Shown here one piece after another: positions 29,777-39,392 of a stretch of DNA of 64,000 nt (position 1 is the first letter of the stretch; each line of letters begins with the position of its first letter). The position numbers and the translations under genes are program-made. This DNA is from Longimicrobiales bacterium (GTDB lineage: Bacteria > Gemmatimonadota > Gemmatimonadetes > Longimicrobiales > Gaopeijiaceae): NCBI GenBank assembly GCA_965248195.1, contig CBDFIQ010000002.1:736001-800000 (forward strand), read 5' to 3'. Below the pieces are notes generated by a model. That model made no database searches and had not been told where the DNA came from. It saw nothing but the letters and a program-made list of their open reading frames with translations.

Positions 29777-31669
29777 ATGATTGAGTGGATCGGCGCGAAT
29801 ATCGAGGTATACGGGCCGTGGCTGGTGGGTGGGATGGCGATGTTCGAAACCGCCCTGATCATAGGGCTGGTCCTACCCACTGAGCCCACCCTCATCGTGG
29901 CGACCGCCTTCGCCCTTCAAGGGCACTTCAGTTTCGGAGCTGTTGCTGGCGCGGCGGTTCTGGGTGCGGCGTTGGGCGATTCGGTCGGATTCATGGTTGG
30001 GCGCTGGGGAGGTCGCCGCGTACTCCGTGGCAGTGGCCGGGTCGCCCGGCTGGCCCGCAGACACCAGGACCGTGCCCTCGATCTCTTCGAGAAACACTCC
30101 GGATTTTCGGTGAGTTTGGCTCGAATGGTGCCGTTTGTGCGCACCCTCATGCCGCTCGTCGCCGGTTCTACGTCGGTGGCGTATCGGCGTTTCCTGGCCT
30201 ACGATCTCCTCGGGATCGCGGGGTGGGCGTTCGTCGGCTTGGGAATCGCCTACGCCGCTGCTCGTGGCTGGCAGATCGGAGTCGGAGCGATGGGCATGGG
30301 GTGGGCGACCATCGCAGGCGCAGCGCTCATCGCAGTGTTCCTGGGCATCAAGGGGCTTCTCCTCAAGGCCTCCGGCGTGGGGGATACCGTATCCGTGGGA
30401 CTGACCGGGAACATCGCTGCCGGTAAGTCGACCGTATCCGCTTTTTGGAAAGACGCTGGCGTTCCGGTTGCAAGCGCCGATGAGCTGGCGCGCGTCGTGG
30501 TCGAGCCGGGCTCCCCTGGTCTCTCCGCCGTGGTCGATGCCTTCGGCGAAAACATTCTGGAAGCCGATGGTTCATTGAACCGGGGCGCGCTTTCGTCTGT
30601 CGTTTTCCAGGACGAGGAGGCCCGGCACCGGCTGGAGGCCATCCTTCACCCCCGCATCCGGGTCCTCCGGGACCGGTGGATGCGCAAGCGCATCGCCGGC
30701 CAGGAGGCGATCTGCGTATCGGAAATCCCGCTACTGTTCGAGGTCGGGCTCGAAGGCGATTTCGACGCCACGGTCGTCGTTGATGCGTCCGAGAGCATTC
30801 GGTTCGACCGCCTCCGTGAGACGCGGGGACTCAGTGCCGAGAAGGCCCAGACCATTATGGAAGCCCAGATGGATCCGGCAATCAAGCGGGCACGGGCCAC
30901 GCATCTACTCATCAATGATGGGGCCCTCCCGGCGCTGGAGGACCGATCCCTGGAGGTGCTCGACGACCTACGGAGGAATGCAGTGGTGCGATCCCAGCCA
31001 AAGGAGGGTCGCCTGCGGATCGACATGCACATGCATACACAAGCCTCCTTCGACTGTCTGTCAGACCCGCGGCGCGTGATGGCTGCCGCAGTTGCCAGAG
31101 GGATCCAGCGCATCGCGATCACGGATCACAACCGTGTCACCACGGCGTTGGAGATGGCGGATGCGTACCCGGACTCGGTGATCCCCGGTGAGGAGGTCAA
31201 GACGAAAGAGGGTATCGACGTCATCGGGCTGTACATCGAGGAGGAGATCCCGAAGGGAACGCCCGCCAGGGAAGTATGCCGCAGGGTGAAGGACCAGGGA
31301 GGGCTCGTTTACTTGCCGCACCCCTATGCGCGGGGAAAGGGGGCGGCCGGCCGGTACGCGGAGGAGCTCGCCCCACTAGTGGACATCATCGAGGTCTTCA
31401 ACGCGAGGCTACATCCGGGGCACCTCAATGAGCCTGGAGAGGAGCTGGCCGCTCGCTGGTCCAAGCCGAGGGGTGCGGGCTCCGACGCCCATATGCTGGG
31501 TGAAGTAGCGGGTGCATGGGTGGAGGTTGGCCAACACCCCAACGAACCCACGGCCCTTCTCGCGGCGCTTGAACATGCGCAGGTCCGTGGGGTCACAACG
31601 CCATGGGCGGTCCATCTCGCCTCGACCTGGGCAAAGGTCAGGAAGCGTCTGCCGCGTGCGCCGGATTAG
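29777..31669 (+). CDS. coaE: DedA (VTT) - dephospho-CoA kinase - PHP phosphoesterase triple fusion
   Basis: DedA 'GAALGDSVGFMVGR…ARMVPFVRT'; CoaE 'VGLTGNIAAGKST', 'LEAILHP', 'EIPLLFE'; PHP 'DMHMHT..SFD', 'ITDHN', 'HPY', 'GSDAH'; one uninterrupted frame. Confidence 0.9.
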   Translation: MIEWIGANIEVYGPWLVGGMAMFETALIIGLVLPTEPTLIVATAFALQGHFSFGAVAGAAVLGAALGDSVGFMVGRWGGRRVLRGSGRVARLARRHQDRALDLFEKHSGFSVSLARMVPFVRTLMPLVAGSTSVAYRRFLAYDLLGIAGWAFVGLGIAYAAARGWQIGVGAMGMGWATIAGAALIAVFLGIKGLLLKASGVGDTVSVGLTGNIAAGKSTVSAFWKDAGVPVASADELARVVVEPGSPGLSAVVDAFGENILEADGSLNRGALSSVVFQDEEARHRLEAILHPRIRVLRDRWMRKRIAGQEAICVSEIPLLFEVGLEGDFDATVVVDASESIRFDRLRETRGLSAEKAQTIMEAQMDPAIKRARATHLLINDGALPALEDRSLEVLDDLRRNAVVRSQPKEGRLRIDMHMHTQASFDCLSDPRRVMAAAVARGIQRIAITDHNRVTTALEMADAYPDSVIPGEEVKTKEGIDVIGLYIEEEIPKGTPAREVCRRVKDQGGLVYLPHPYARGKGAAGRYAEELAPLVDIIEVFNARLHPGHLNEPGEELAARWSKPRGAGSDAHMLGEVAGAWVEVGQHPNEPTALLAALEHAQVRGVTTPWAVHLASTWAKVRKRLPRAPD

Positions 31670-31705
31670 AGAAGGCTGTTGGAAGGCTGTTGAAGAAAGG
31701 GATGC

Positions 31706-32731
31706 ATGACGTATCAAACGGCTGAGACCAGGTTCGAGACGATCGACGCCGTCCTGACGGCGTTGCGCGGCAAGGAAACAGCGGTTCTGACCACACATAT
31801 CAACGGCGACGGCGATGGGTGTGGGTCTGAGATCGCGTTGGCGGCGTGGCTCCGGGAGCTGGGCACCGAGGCGTTCATCGTGAATCCGACACCGGTTCCG
31901 CGATCCTTCCAGTTCCTCATATCCGACGAATCGTGGGTCGTGGATTCGACGTCGGCGGAGGCGCAAGAACTCTGTGACGGCGCGGATGTCGCAGTCGTTC
32001 TGGACACTGGAGAGGTTCCTCTGATCGGAAGGGTGCGGCCGCTGATCGACGGTCTTCCGACCGTCGTGATCGATCATCATCCGCCAGGGGACCGGCCCAT
32101 CGAGGGTGTGTCCTTGCGCGACGTCAACGCCTGCGCGACCGGTGAGCTCGTATTCGACCTCATCCATCGAGCCGGGGGGCCGTGGCCCGCGATCGGCGAC
32201 CTTGCGATGTACGTGGCCATCATGACGGACACCGGCTCTTTTCGCTTCAGCAACACCACCCCGGCCAGCCTGCGGATCGCTGCCGAGCTGGTTGGCCGGG
32301 GGGTCAGTCCCGATGAAACCTACCGCCGCATCTACGGCGCCGTGCCGCGCCGCCGGTTTCATCTGCTCGAGAGATCCTTGGCGCTATTGGAGGTGGACGA
32401 GGAAGCGGGGGTCGCGTGGATGACTGTGCCCGCCGACCAGTTCGATGCCCTCGGCGCGATCGCGGACGACCTCGAGGGGATGGTCGACTACCCCCGCTCG
32501 GTCGAGGGTGTGGAAGTCGGGCTCCTCTTTCGCCAGATCCCCCGGAAGGGGATCAAGGTTTCTTTCCGCTCCAACGGCGCGGTGAACGTGAATGCCCTGG
32601 CGCGCCGGTTTGGTGGTGGAGGACACGTACGGGCGGCGGGGGCTCTCATCGAGGGTCAAATGGATCAAGTTCGCCGAGACGTGACCCACGCGACCCGAGA
32701 GGCTGTGGAGCTATGGCGGTCGGGGCAGTAG
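31706..32731 (+). CDS. nrnA: DHH/DHHA1 bifunctional nanoRNase / pAp phosphatase
   Basis: Motifs 'TTHINGDGDG', 'VIDHH', 'TDTGSFRFSNT', 'SFRS', 'GGGGH..AAG'. Confidence 0.9.
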   Translation: MTYQTAETRFETIDAVLTALRGKETAVLTTHINGDGDGCGSEIALAAWLRELGTEAFIVNPTPVPRSFQFLISDESWVVDSTSAEAQELCDGADVAVVLDTGEVPLIGRVRPLIDGLPTVVIDHHPPGDRPIEGVSLRDVNACATGELVFDLIHRAGGPWPAIGDLAMYVAIMTDTGSFRFSNTTPASLRIAAELVGRGVSPDETYRRIYGAVPRRRFHLLERSLALLEVDEEAGVAWMTVPADQFDALGAIADDLEGMVDYPRSVEGVEVGLLFRQIPRKGIKVSFRSNGAVNVNALARRFGGGGHVRAAGALIEGQMDQVRRDVTHATREAVELWRSGQ

Positions 32732-32771
32732 AATAACTCTGCTTGAGTGGAGACGGCCGAACCATGGAGAT

Positions 32772-33197
32772 ATGCTCGTGAAGGATGAAGGGGATCCCGG
32801 AGTGCCGGAGGCCATTCCCAGAACGCTTCAGATGATGGCGCGCCGCCTGGGCGAGCGTGAGATCGATCGGCTTTGGGTGTTCCCGCCTTTGATCGTCGGA
32901 CGCAAGGAGCGCGGCCTGGTGGCTGCGAGTTGCTTTACCGAGGATGGTGCACGCCGGTTGTACACTGCGCTCTACTCCGCGGAACGCACAGGCACGAGCC
33001 TTTCGGTCGAGAACGGTATCGCCGAGGAGGGCCAGGCCCCGCCGGACCGTCTCCCCCGAGTGATGCGGGGCGTCGTGCGTAGAAGCGAGATCGACCTCGG
33101 GGAGCCGCGGATGGTCGAGATCGCCGGGGACCCGGCGAGGCTCAGGGCGTTGTTGGACGAATTCGACGTCGAGCTGTTGGAGCCCGTAGAGGCGTGA
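32772..33197 (+). CDS. Hypothetical protein
   Basis: RBS ggag; GTGA overlap with fur; co-oriented in the operon. Confidence 0.65.
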   Translation: MLVKDEGDPGVPEAIPRTLQMMARRLGEREIDRLWVFPPLIVGRKERGLVAASCFTEDGARRLYTALYSAERTGTSLSVENGIAEEGQAPPDRLPRVMRGVVRRSEIDLGEPRMVEIAGDPARLRALLDEFDVELLEPVEA

Positions 33198-33694
33198 AGG
33201 CTCACCCAGACTCGGCTCCCTTCGTCCGGCTCTTCGGACGCTACCTGAGAGAGCAGGGACTGCCTGTCACCCACCAGAGGGAGGCGGTGGCGGAGGTCGT
33301 GTTTGGATCGGGCGAGCACCTCTCCGTGGACGAGATCGAAGGCGTCCTTAGGTCCGACGGTCACCGGATTGGCAAAGCGACGATCTATCGGGCTCTGGAT
33401 CTGCTCGTACGAAGTAAGCTCGTGGCCGAGCTCGACTTCGGAGAGGGCTTCAAACGGTATGAACACCGGCTCTCGGCGGAGCCGATCCATGAGCATCTCA
33501 TCTGCCTGAACTGTGGCGCCGTCATCGAGTTCCAGAGTGCCGAAGTGCACCGAATCGAGGCCATGGTCTCGGCACGCCACGGATTTCGGCCCACGCGCCA
33601 CAAGCTCGAGATCTACGGTCTCTGCCGGGAGTGCACCGCGGCCGGCGTTGAAGTTTCGGCGCAGGGACTCATCTGCCCGATCGAGACCGTGTAG
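33194..33694 (+). CDS. fur: Fur-family transcriptional regulator
   Basis: Motifs 'T.QR', 'ATIYRAL', 'HEHLICLNCG', 'YGLCREC'. Confidence 0.92.
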   Translation: MKAHPDSAPFVRLFGRYLREQGLPVTHQREAVAEVVFGSGEHLSVDEIEGVLRSDGHRIGKATIYRALDLLVRSKLVAELDFGEGFKRYEHRLSAEPIHEHLICLNCGAVIEFQSAEVHRIEAMVSARHGFRPTRHKLEIYGLCRECTAAGVEVSAQGLICPIETV

Positions 33695-33728
33695 AGGGCC
33701 GGGGGAACCCGACGTAAGTCGTCTTTCG

Positions 33729-35312
33729 ATGAGTTCCACTGAGAAACCCTCCGTCTCCCCCGCCAGGGGCGCCATGCAGCCGGCCCTCCTGGCCGATCTA
33801 CCTCGGTCCACCGAAGGTGTTCTGGGCGGCCTGACGAAGGAAGCGCTAGAGCGAGCGACCGGGTCCGCGGAAATAAAGGGGAACTCGCTTCGCCTCCAGT
33901 TCGACGGGCCCGTCACGTTCGACGCCTGGCTGGAGGCCATCGCGGAGGCCAAGCGTTACGTCCACTTCGAGAACTACATCCTCCGGAACGATCCCGTGGG
34001 GCGGGCGTTCAGGGATGTCCTCGTGGAAAAGGCTCGCCAGGGGGTCGAGGTAAGGCTCCTGTATGATTGGGTGGGGTGCTGGGCGACGCCGCGGCGGTAC
34101 TGGCGGCCGTTCCGCAGAGCAGGGGTCGAGGTGCGCGCTTTCAACCGCCCCTCCGCCCGCGATCCCTATGGCGTGTTCCAAAGGGATCACCGGAAGCTGG
34201 TGGTCGTGGACGGGGAGGTCGCGTTCGCCGGCGGGTTCTGCATTGGCCAGGAGTGGGCCGGCACCGGAGACGACCCCCCGTGGCGCGACACGGGCATCGA
34301 AATTCGGGGACCCGCCGTATCGGCGGCCAGTAGGGCGTTCGGCCGGATCTGGGACGTGATGGGCGAGCCCCTCCCGAGCGATTTTGCGAAGGAAGTAACG
34401 AGCCCCGCGGGAGATACGTCGGTTTGGCTCATCGAAGGCGAGCCGCGCCGAAGCCGTGTCCTTCGGACCGTGGCGCTGGTCGCGGCCATGGTACAGAAGC
34501 GCCTGTGGATCACTGACCCTTACTTCGTTGCACCCGGGGCTGTGGCCGAGGCCATGGTCGAGGCGGCTCAGTCCGGGGTCGACGTCCGGGTGCTCGTACC
34601 GGCCAACAACAACTGGCCCTTGGTCGGGACACTTTCGCGAGCGGGCTACCGGTACTTGCTCGAGCAGGGCGTGCGACTCTTCGAATGGCAAGGGGGGATG
34701 ATTCACGCCAAGACCTCCGTCGCGGACGGACTTTGGTGCAGGGTGGGCTCGAGCAACCTCAATGCGTGGAGTCTTCTGGGGAACTGGGAGATCGACGTGG
34801 GCGTTTTGGATGCGTCGTTGGCGGGCCAGCTCGAGGGGATCTTTCTGGCCGACCTGGCGTCTTCTTCAGAAATCGTACTTCCGGGACGCCGCCCTAGGCC
34901 CGCGGTCGTACCGGTGGAGCCACTCCCGACGCTTCAGGGACTCCCGACAACGCCGTTGGAACCGGAGGGCAAGCTCACGGAGCGGTTGGAGGCGATGATG
35001 GATCGAGAAACGGTGTTGAGACCATGGCGGCTCGCCCAGTTGGTGCGGGCGGGTGTCTCATTCAGCGACGCATTGGCGGGCCACCGCACGCTGGGCCGAG
35101 AGGATCGGACGGTCCTGGGGACCGTGGCGATCATCGCGATCTCCTCCGCGGTGGTTGTGGGCTTTTTCCCGCTCGTGTTCGGCTGGGCGTTAGCTTTGGT
35201 GCTTGCCTGGCTCGGCATCGTGATGGGGTTTCGCGCTGTATGGCACCGTTTTCGTGCTCAGGACTCGAACCCGCCAGACTCAAAGGATGAAAAGGACTCG
35301 AGTAGAAGATGA
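33729..35312 (+). CDS. cls: Cardiolipin synthase / phospholipase D family protein with C-terminal TM extension
   Basis: Two HKD motifs ('RDHRKLVVVDG', 'MIHAKTSVADG'), 'WRDT', 'GSSN'; start 33729 or 33774. Confidence 0.88.
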   Translation: MSSTEKPSVSPARGAMQPALLADLPRSTEGVLGGLTKEALERATGSAEIKGNSLRLQFDGPVTFDAWLEAIAEAKRYVHFENYILRNDPVGRAFRDVLVEKARQGVEVRLLYDWVGCWATPRRYWRPFRRAGVEVRAFNRPSARDPYGVFQRDHRKLVVVDGEVAFAGGFCIGQEWAGTGDDPPWRDTGIEIRGPAVSAASRAFGRIWDVMGEPLPSDFAKEVTSPAGDTSVWLIEGEPRRSRVLRTVALVAAMVQKRLWITDPYFVAPGAVAEAMVEAAQSGVDVRVLVPANNNWPLVGTLSRAGYRYLLEQGVRLFEWQGGMIHAKTSVADGLWCRVGSSNLNAWSLLGNWEIDVGVLDASLAGQLEGIFLADLASSSEIVLPGRRPRPAVVPVEPLPTLQGLPTTPLEPEGKLTERLEAMMDRETVLRPWRLAQLVRAGVSFSDALAGHRTLGREDRTVLGTVAIIAISSAVVVGFFPLVFGWALALVLAWLGIVMGFRAVWHRFRAQDSNPPDSKDEKDSSRR

Positions 35313-36037
35313 TTGAATCTGTCGGTCTCTTGGTCGCGTTGACGGCGGGGGTGCTGTCCTTCCTGTCGCCGTGCGTCCTCCCTTTGGTGCCCAGCTATCT
35401 GTCCTTCGTTACCGGCATGAGCCTGGAAGAGCTCCAGGAGGGCGTGGACCGCAGGGCGACGCTCATACACTCGCTCCTCTTCGTGACGGGCTTCAGCATC
35501 ATCTTTATCACGCTGGGCGCTTCGGCGTCTTTTCTCGGCGCCTTCCTGCGGTATTACGAGGTCTGGATCGCCCGGATCGGCGGCGTAGTCATCATCGTAC
35601 TCGGCTTGCACCTCACGGGTGTCTTCAGGATTGCGCCGTTGATGCGGGAGCGCAGGGTCCACGTAAAAGACAGGCCCGCCGGATATCTAGGAACCGTAGG
35701 CGTGGGAGCCGCCTTCGGGGCCGGCTGGACGCCCTGCATCGGCCCTGTTCTCGGAGCGATTCTGACTCTAGCCGGGACGCAGGACACGGTCTGGGCGGGT
35801 GTAAGCCTGTTGAGCGTCTACTCGTTGGGGCTGGCCATCCCGTTTCTGATTGCCGCGTTGGCCCTGGACTGGTTCCTGGGTGTGTTCTCCCGCTTCCGCC
35901 GGTTCTTGCCGCTGGTCGAGAAGGCGTCTGGAGTGATACTCATCCTTCTGGGCCTGCTCCTCATGACGGGTTCGTTCACGATCTTGAGTAGCTACCTTAC
36001 CAGGTTTACCCCCGCCTGGGTCTTGGAGAGGATCTAG
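35309..36037 (+). CDS. ccdA: Cytochrome c biogenesis / disulfide reductase CcdA
   Basis: Motifs 'SFLSPCVLPLVP' and 'GWTPCIGPVL'. Confidence 0.93.
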   Translation: MIESVGLLVALTAGVLSFLSPCVLPLVPSYLSFVTGMSLEELQEGVDRRATLIHSLLFVTGFSIIFITLGASASFLGAFLRYYEVWIARIGGVVIIVLGLHLTGVFRIAPLMRERRVHVKDRPAGYLGTVGVGAAFGAGWTPCIGPVLGAILTLAGTQDTVWAGVSLLSVYSLGLAIPFLIAALALDWFLGVFSRFRRFLPLVEKASGVILILLGLLLMTGSFTILSSYLTRFTPAWVLERI

Positions 36038-36096
36038 GGGCCGGGGTGGCTCCAGCTGCAACTTCGTCAATGGCAAGCGGTTGGGCGCCCGTGCGC

Positions 36097-38019
36097 CTAT
36101 AGCCCGTGCTCCTCCATGAACTCCTCGAAGCCACTCATCTGCCTCATGGGCACCCATGCAGGCCAGCTACGGAGAAAGACGAGAGAGCCGATGCGTTTGT
36201 CGGCGGCCCGACGAAGCCGGTTCAGGGCCTCCTCTTCTCTTCCCAGTGCCGAGAAGATCGACGCGAGATCCAAGTCGAGAGCTACGTCCGGCTCCTCCCG
36301 CTCTCGCTCCTCGATGAGCGCCACGAGCTCCTCCGCTTCGGCCTCCCGTCCCGCCACGCCCAGGGCGTAGGCGAGTGGCGTAACACCGCCTTTGGGGTGT
36401 GGCGTCAGCTCGCGAACCCGCTCGAATGTCTCGATGGCGTCGTATAACCGACCCATGAGCAAATACGTCCAACCCTTCCCTTCGAGGGCCGAACGGAACT
36501 CCGGGTCCAGCTCCAAGACCCGATCGAACTGGGCCAGCGCTTCGTCGTACTGCCCGCACGACGTATGTGCCTTCCCGAGGTAGTCGCGGACGGGCAGGTT
36601 GAGGGGATCGAGGGTGATGGCACGTTCGAGGACGGCGACCGCCTCTTCGAAACGTTCATCCGCCTGGAGGTAGAGGGAATAACCGTGGAGGACGTCCACC
36701 GAATCCGGGTTGATTTCCATGGCCCGGAGTAGCGACGCCTCTGCGGCTGGCCGATCCCAGTCGTTGAAGAGTCGGACGAGCCCCAGCGCTAAATGGGAGT
36801 CTTCGATTTCAGGGTCCAGCTCGATGGCTCTCTCGGCGGCGTTGTGGGCACAGCCGTAGGCGTCTCCGCATTGGGTCCGGCGACCTATGGCGGCCAGATA
36901 CGTATGGGCACGAGCCATCGCCCCCCACGCTTGCGCGAACTCCGGGTCCAAGTCGACGGCCCGCTGAAAGTGGTCGACGGCCTGGCGGGCGGCACTGGGT
37001 GTCCATTGATTCCAGCAGTACATCCCTTTGAGGTAGGCATCGTACGCCTCGGAGTGTTCGGTCACTTGGCGAACCAAGGAAGGCTTCTCTCCGTTCTCCG
37101 GTAACGTGGCCCGTAGCTCGTTTACGATTTCGAGGGAGATCTCGTCCTGGGTCTGGAAGATGTCGTCCAGGACTCGGTCGTACACCTTTGAAAAAATGTG
37201 GTAACCGTCGCTCGTGTTGATGAGCTGAGCCGTGATGCGGACCCGATCGCCGGCCTTGCGGACGCTACCCTCCAGGACCGCGCTCACACCGAGTTTCCTT
37301 CCGATGTCTCGAACGTCCTTGTTCTTGTCCTTGAAGGCGAAGGAGGACGTTCTGGCGGTGACCTGGAGGCCCTCCACCCGGGTCAGGGCGTTGATGAGCT
37401 CCTCGGAAATGCCGTCGCTGAAGAACTCGTTTTCCGGGTCGGCGCTCATGTTGACGAACGGGAGCACGGCGATGGTTCTCTCGGGCGGCCCGGTCTGGGC
37501 GGCCATCGACTCGGGGTCGGGAACGACCAGCCCCGGTGCCGTGATCGCGAAGACCCGGACGGGACGGCGCACGTTCTTCAGGTCGAATTCACCGAGTGCG
37601 GTCGCGGGGAGCTCCGGGTGATTCTTGATCTCGTCGAAGACCTTGCCCGAGATCATGACCGCACCGGGTGCCGAGAGCCCCTCGATGCGTGCGGCAACGT
37701 TGACCCCATCGCCGAATACGCCGTCCTCGTCTCGAGTGATGTCTCCGATGTGGAGTCCCATCCGGACGGGGATCGTAGGATCCTGTTGGAGCGCCTGCTG
37801 AGCCACGACGGCGGACGACACTGCGTCGACGGCGCTTCCGAAGATGCTGAGAGTCCCGTCCCCGTAGAACTGGACAATCTCACCACCGTGCTTCTCGATC
37901 GACTGGCGGAGCGTGTCGCGATGGCGGTCGCGGATGCTCTTTGCCCGATGCTCATCCTCCTGCATCAGGGCCGTGAAGCCTACCATGTCCGTGAACATGA
38001 TAGCCGAAAGTTGTCGCAT
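36097..38019 (-). CDS. Class III adenylate/guanylate cyclase domain + TolB-like + TPR protein
   Basis: Motifs 'AIMFTDMVGFT', 'GDG', 'GDGVNVAARIE', 'IAVLPFVNMS.DPENEFFSDG'; TPR repeats. Confidence 0.9.
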   Translation of the reverse strand: MRQLSAIMFTDMVGFTALMQEDEHRAKSIRDRHRDTLRQSIEKHGGEIVQFYGDGTLSIFGSAVDAVSSAVVAQQALQQDPTIPVRMGLHIGDITRDEDGVFGDGVNVAARIEGLSAPGAVMISGKVFDEIKNHPELPATALGEFDLKNVRRPVRVFAITAPGLVVPDPESMAAQTGPPERTIAVLPFVNMSADPENEFFSDGISEELINALTRVEGLQVTARTSSFAFKDKNKDVRDIGRKLGVSAVLEGSVRKAGDRVRITAQLINTSDGYHIFSKVYDRVLDDIFQTQDEISLEIVNELRATLPENGEKPSLVRQVTEHSEAYDAYLKGMYCWNQWTPSAARQAVDHFQRAVDLDPEFAQAWGAMARAHTYLAAIGRRTQCGDAYGCAHNAAERAIELDPEIEDSHLALGLVRLFNDWDRPAAEASLLRAMEINPDSVDVLHGYSLYLQADERFEEAVAVLERAITLDPLNLPVRDYLGKAHTSCGQYDEALAQFDRVLELDPEFRSALEGKGWTYLLMGRLYDAIETFERVRELTPHPKGGVTPLAYALGVAGREAEAEELVALIEEREREEPDVALDLDLASIFSALGREEEALNRLRRAADKRIGSLVFLRSWPAWVPMRQMSGFEEFMEEHGL

Positions 38020-38140
38020 CGTTCGTGTCCGCAGGGGTGAGCCGAAATAAAATTAACGGCTGGATTGGGGTGAGCGGAACCCTTCGCGGCCCGGCGGGCC
38101 GCACGTGACTTCCGCCTCTCCGCGTGCCATCATCCTTATT

Positions 38141-38224
38141 CTGAGCGCACCGATCCCGAAGCGGTTGCGCGCCGCCCTCGCCGACCGCTACGAGCTCCAC
38201 GAGGAGCTGGGCGCCCGGAACTAG
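38141..38224 (+). pseudogene. Second N-terminal stub of a Ser/Thr kinase
   Basis: Translates (L)SAPIPKRLRAALADRYELHEELGARN*, matching the kinase leader up to the Gly-rich loop. Confidence 0.6.
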
Positions 38225-38234
38225 GCCGGTACCT

Positions 38235-39278
38235 ATGAAAAATCTGGTGAAGAAACGGCTCCGTACGGTGGCCGCCTTCACTTTGTGGGGGGTCGTGATT
38301 GGCGCCGTCCTGGGTCCGGTCATCGGCCAGTTCGACGAGCGGCAGCTCTTTTTTTCGGCTGTTCGGGGAGTCGTGATCGGCATCCTCATCGGTATCGGCC
38401 TCGGCGTGGGGGAGGAGTTCATCCTCCCCCGCTGGAGCCGCACGATGGCCTTCGCCCGGCTCAGCGTCGTCCGAATCGGGGGTTACACGCTGATGATGAT
38501 CACGGCGCTGAGCGCCGTGAACGCGGTCGATCGTTCCATCGTGCTCGGTCTAGGGGCCTTCGATAGCGTCGCGTTCTACGCTGTCGAAGGCGGTTTGTGG
38601 AGAGATCTGATCTTCGCCTTCATTGCTGCCTTGATCACGACCTCGTTCCTGCAGGTGCGAAAGCTCCACAACCCGGGGGAGATCCGCCGTCTCCTCACCG
38701 GGCGGTATCACTACCCGGTGGAAGAAACCCGCATCTTCTTGTTTGCGGATGTGGTCGGCTCCACCGGCATCGCCGAACGCCTGGGCCATATGGCCTACAG
38801 CAGCTTCCTGAGGGACTGTTTCTCCGACATCTCCGAAGCGATTCTCGCCTGGAAGGGGGAGGTGTATCAGCACGCGGGAGATTCCGTGCTCGTGACCTGG
38901 CGGATGCACAAGGGCACGCGTTCCGCTGCATGCGTGCGGTGCTTTTTCGACATGATCCAACTGCTGGAGCTCCGGCATGATGACTATCGGCGCCAGTACG
39001 ATACCATCCCTCGCCTCCGTGCGGGGATCCATGGTGGGGACGTCGTCACGACCTGGGTGGGGGAGGCGAGGAAAGATCTGGCCTTCCACGGCGATACGAT
39101 GAACACGGCGGCTCGTGTGGAGACGGCGTGCAAGGAGCTGGATGCCCAGTGCCTCGTGTCGGAGCTTGTCTACGACGCCATTGAGCTACCGGCGCATCTC
39201 GAGGCACGCTCGGTGGGTGAGGTGGAGCTCAGGGGACGGACGGGCGCGCTACACCTATACTCTGTGGAGCAGGCCTGA
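38235..39278 (+). CDS. Membrane-bound class III adenylate/guanylate cyclase
   Basis: About four N-terminal TM segments; 'FLFADVVGSTGIAE', 'YQHAGD', 'FHGDTMNTAAR'. Confidence 0.88.
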   Translation: MKNLVKKRLRTVAAFTLWGVVIGAVLGPVIGQFDERQLFFSAVRGVVIGILIGIGLGVGEEFILPRWSRTMAFARLSVVRIGGYTLMMITALSAVNAVDRSIVLGLGAFDSVAFYAVEGGLWRDLIFAFIAALITTSFLQVRKLHNPGEIRRLLTGRYHYPVEETRIFLFADVVGSTGIAERLGHMAYSSFLRDCFSDISEAILAWKGEVYQHAGDSVLVTWRMHKGTRSAACVRCFFDMIQLLELRHDDYRRQYDTIPRLRAGIHGGDVVTTWVGEARKDLAFHGDTMNTAARVETACKELDAQCLVSELVYDAIELPAHLEARSVGEVELRGRTGALHLYSVEQA

Positions 39279-39392
39279 ACCGTCACGCCAGATTCCATTT
39301 GCGGGAAGGTGCCACTAGGAAAGGCTGCCGCTAGGCAAGATGAGGCTGGGAGGATGGGGCTGCGGAAGATGCGCCGCCGCGGAAAGATGCGG

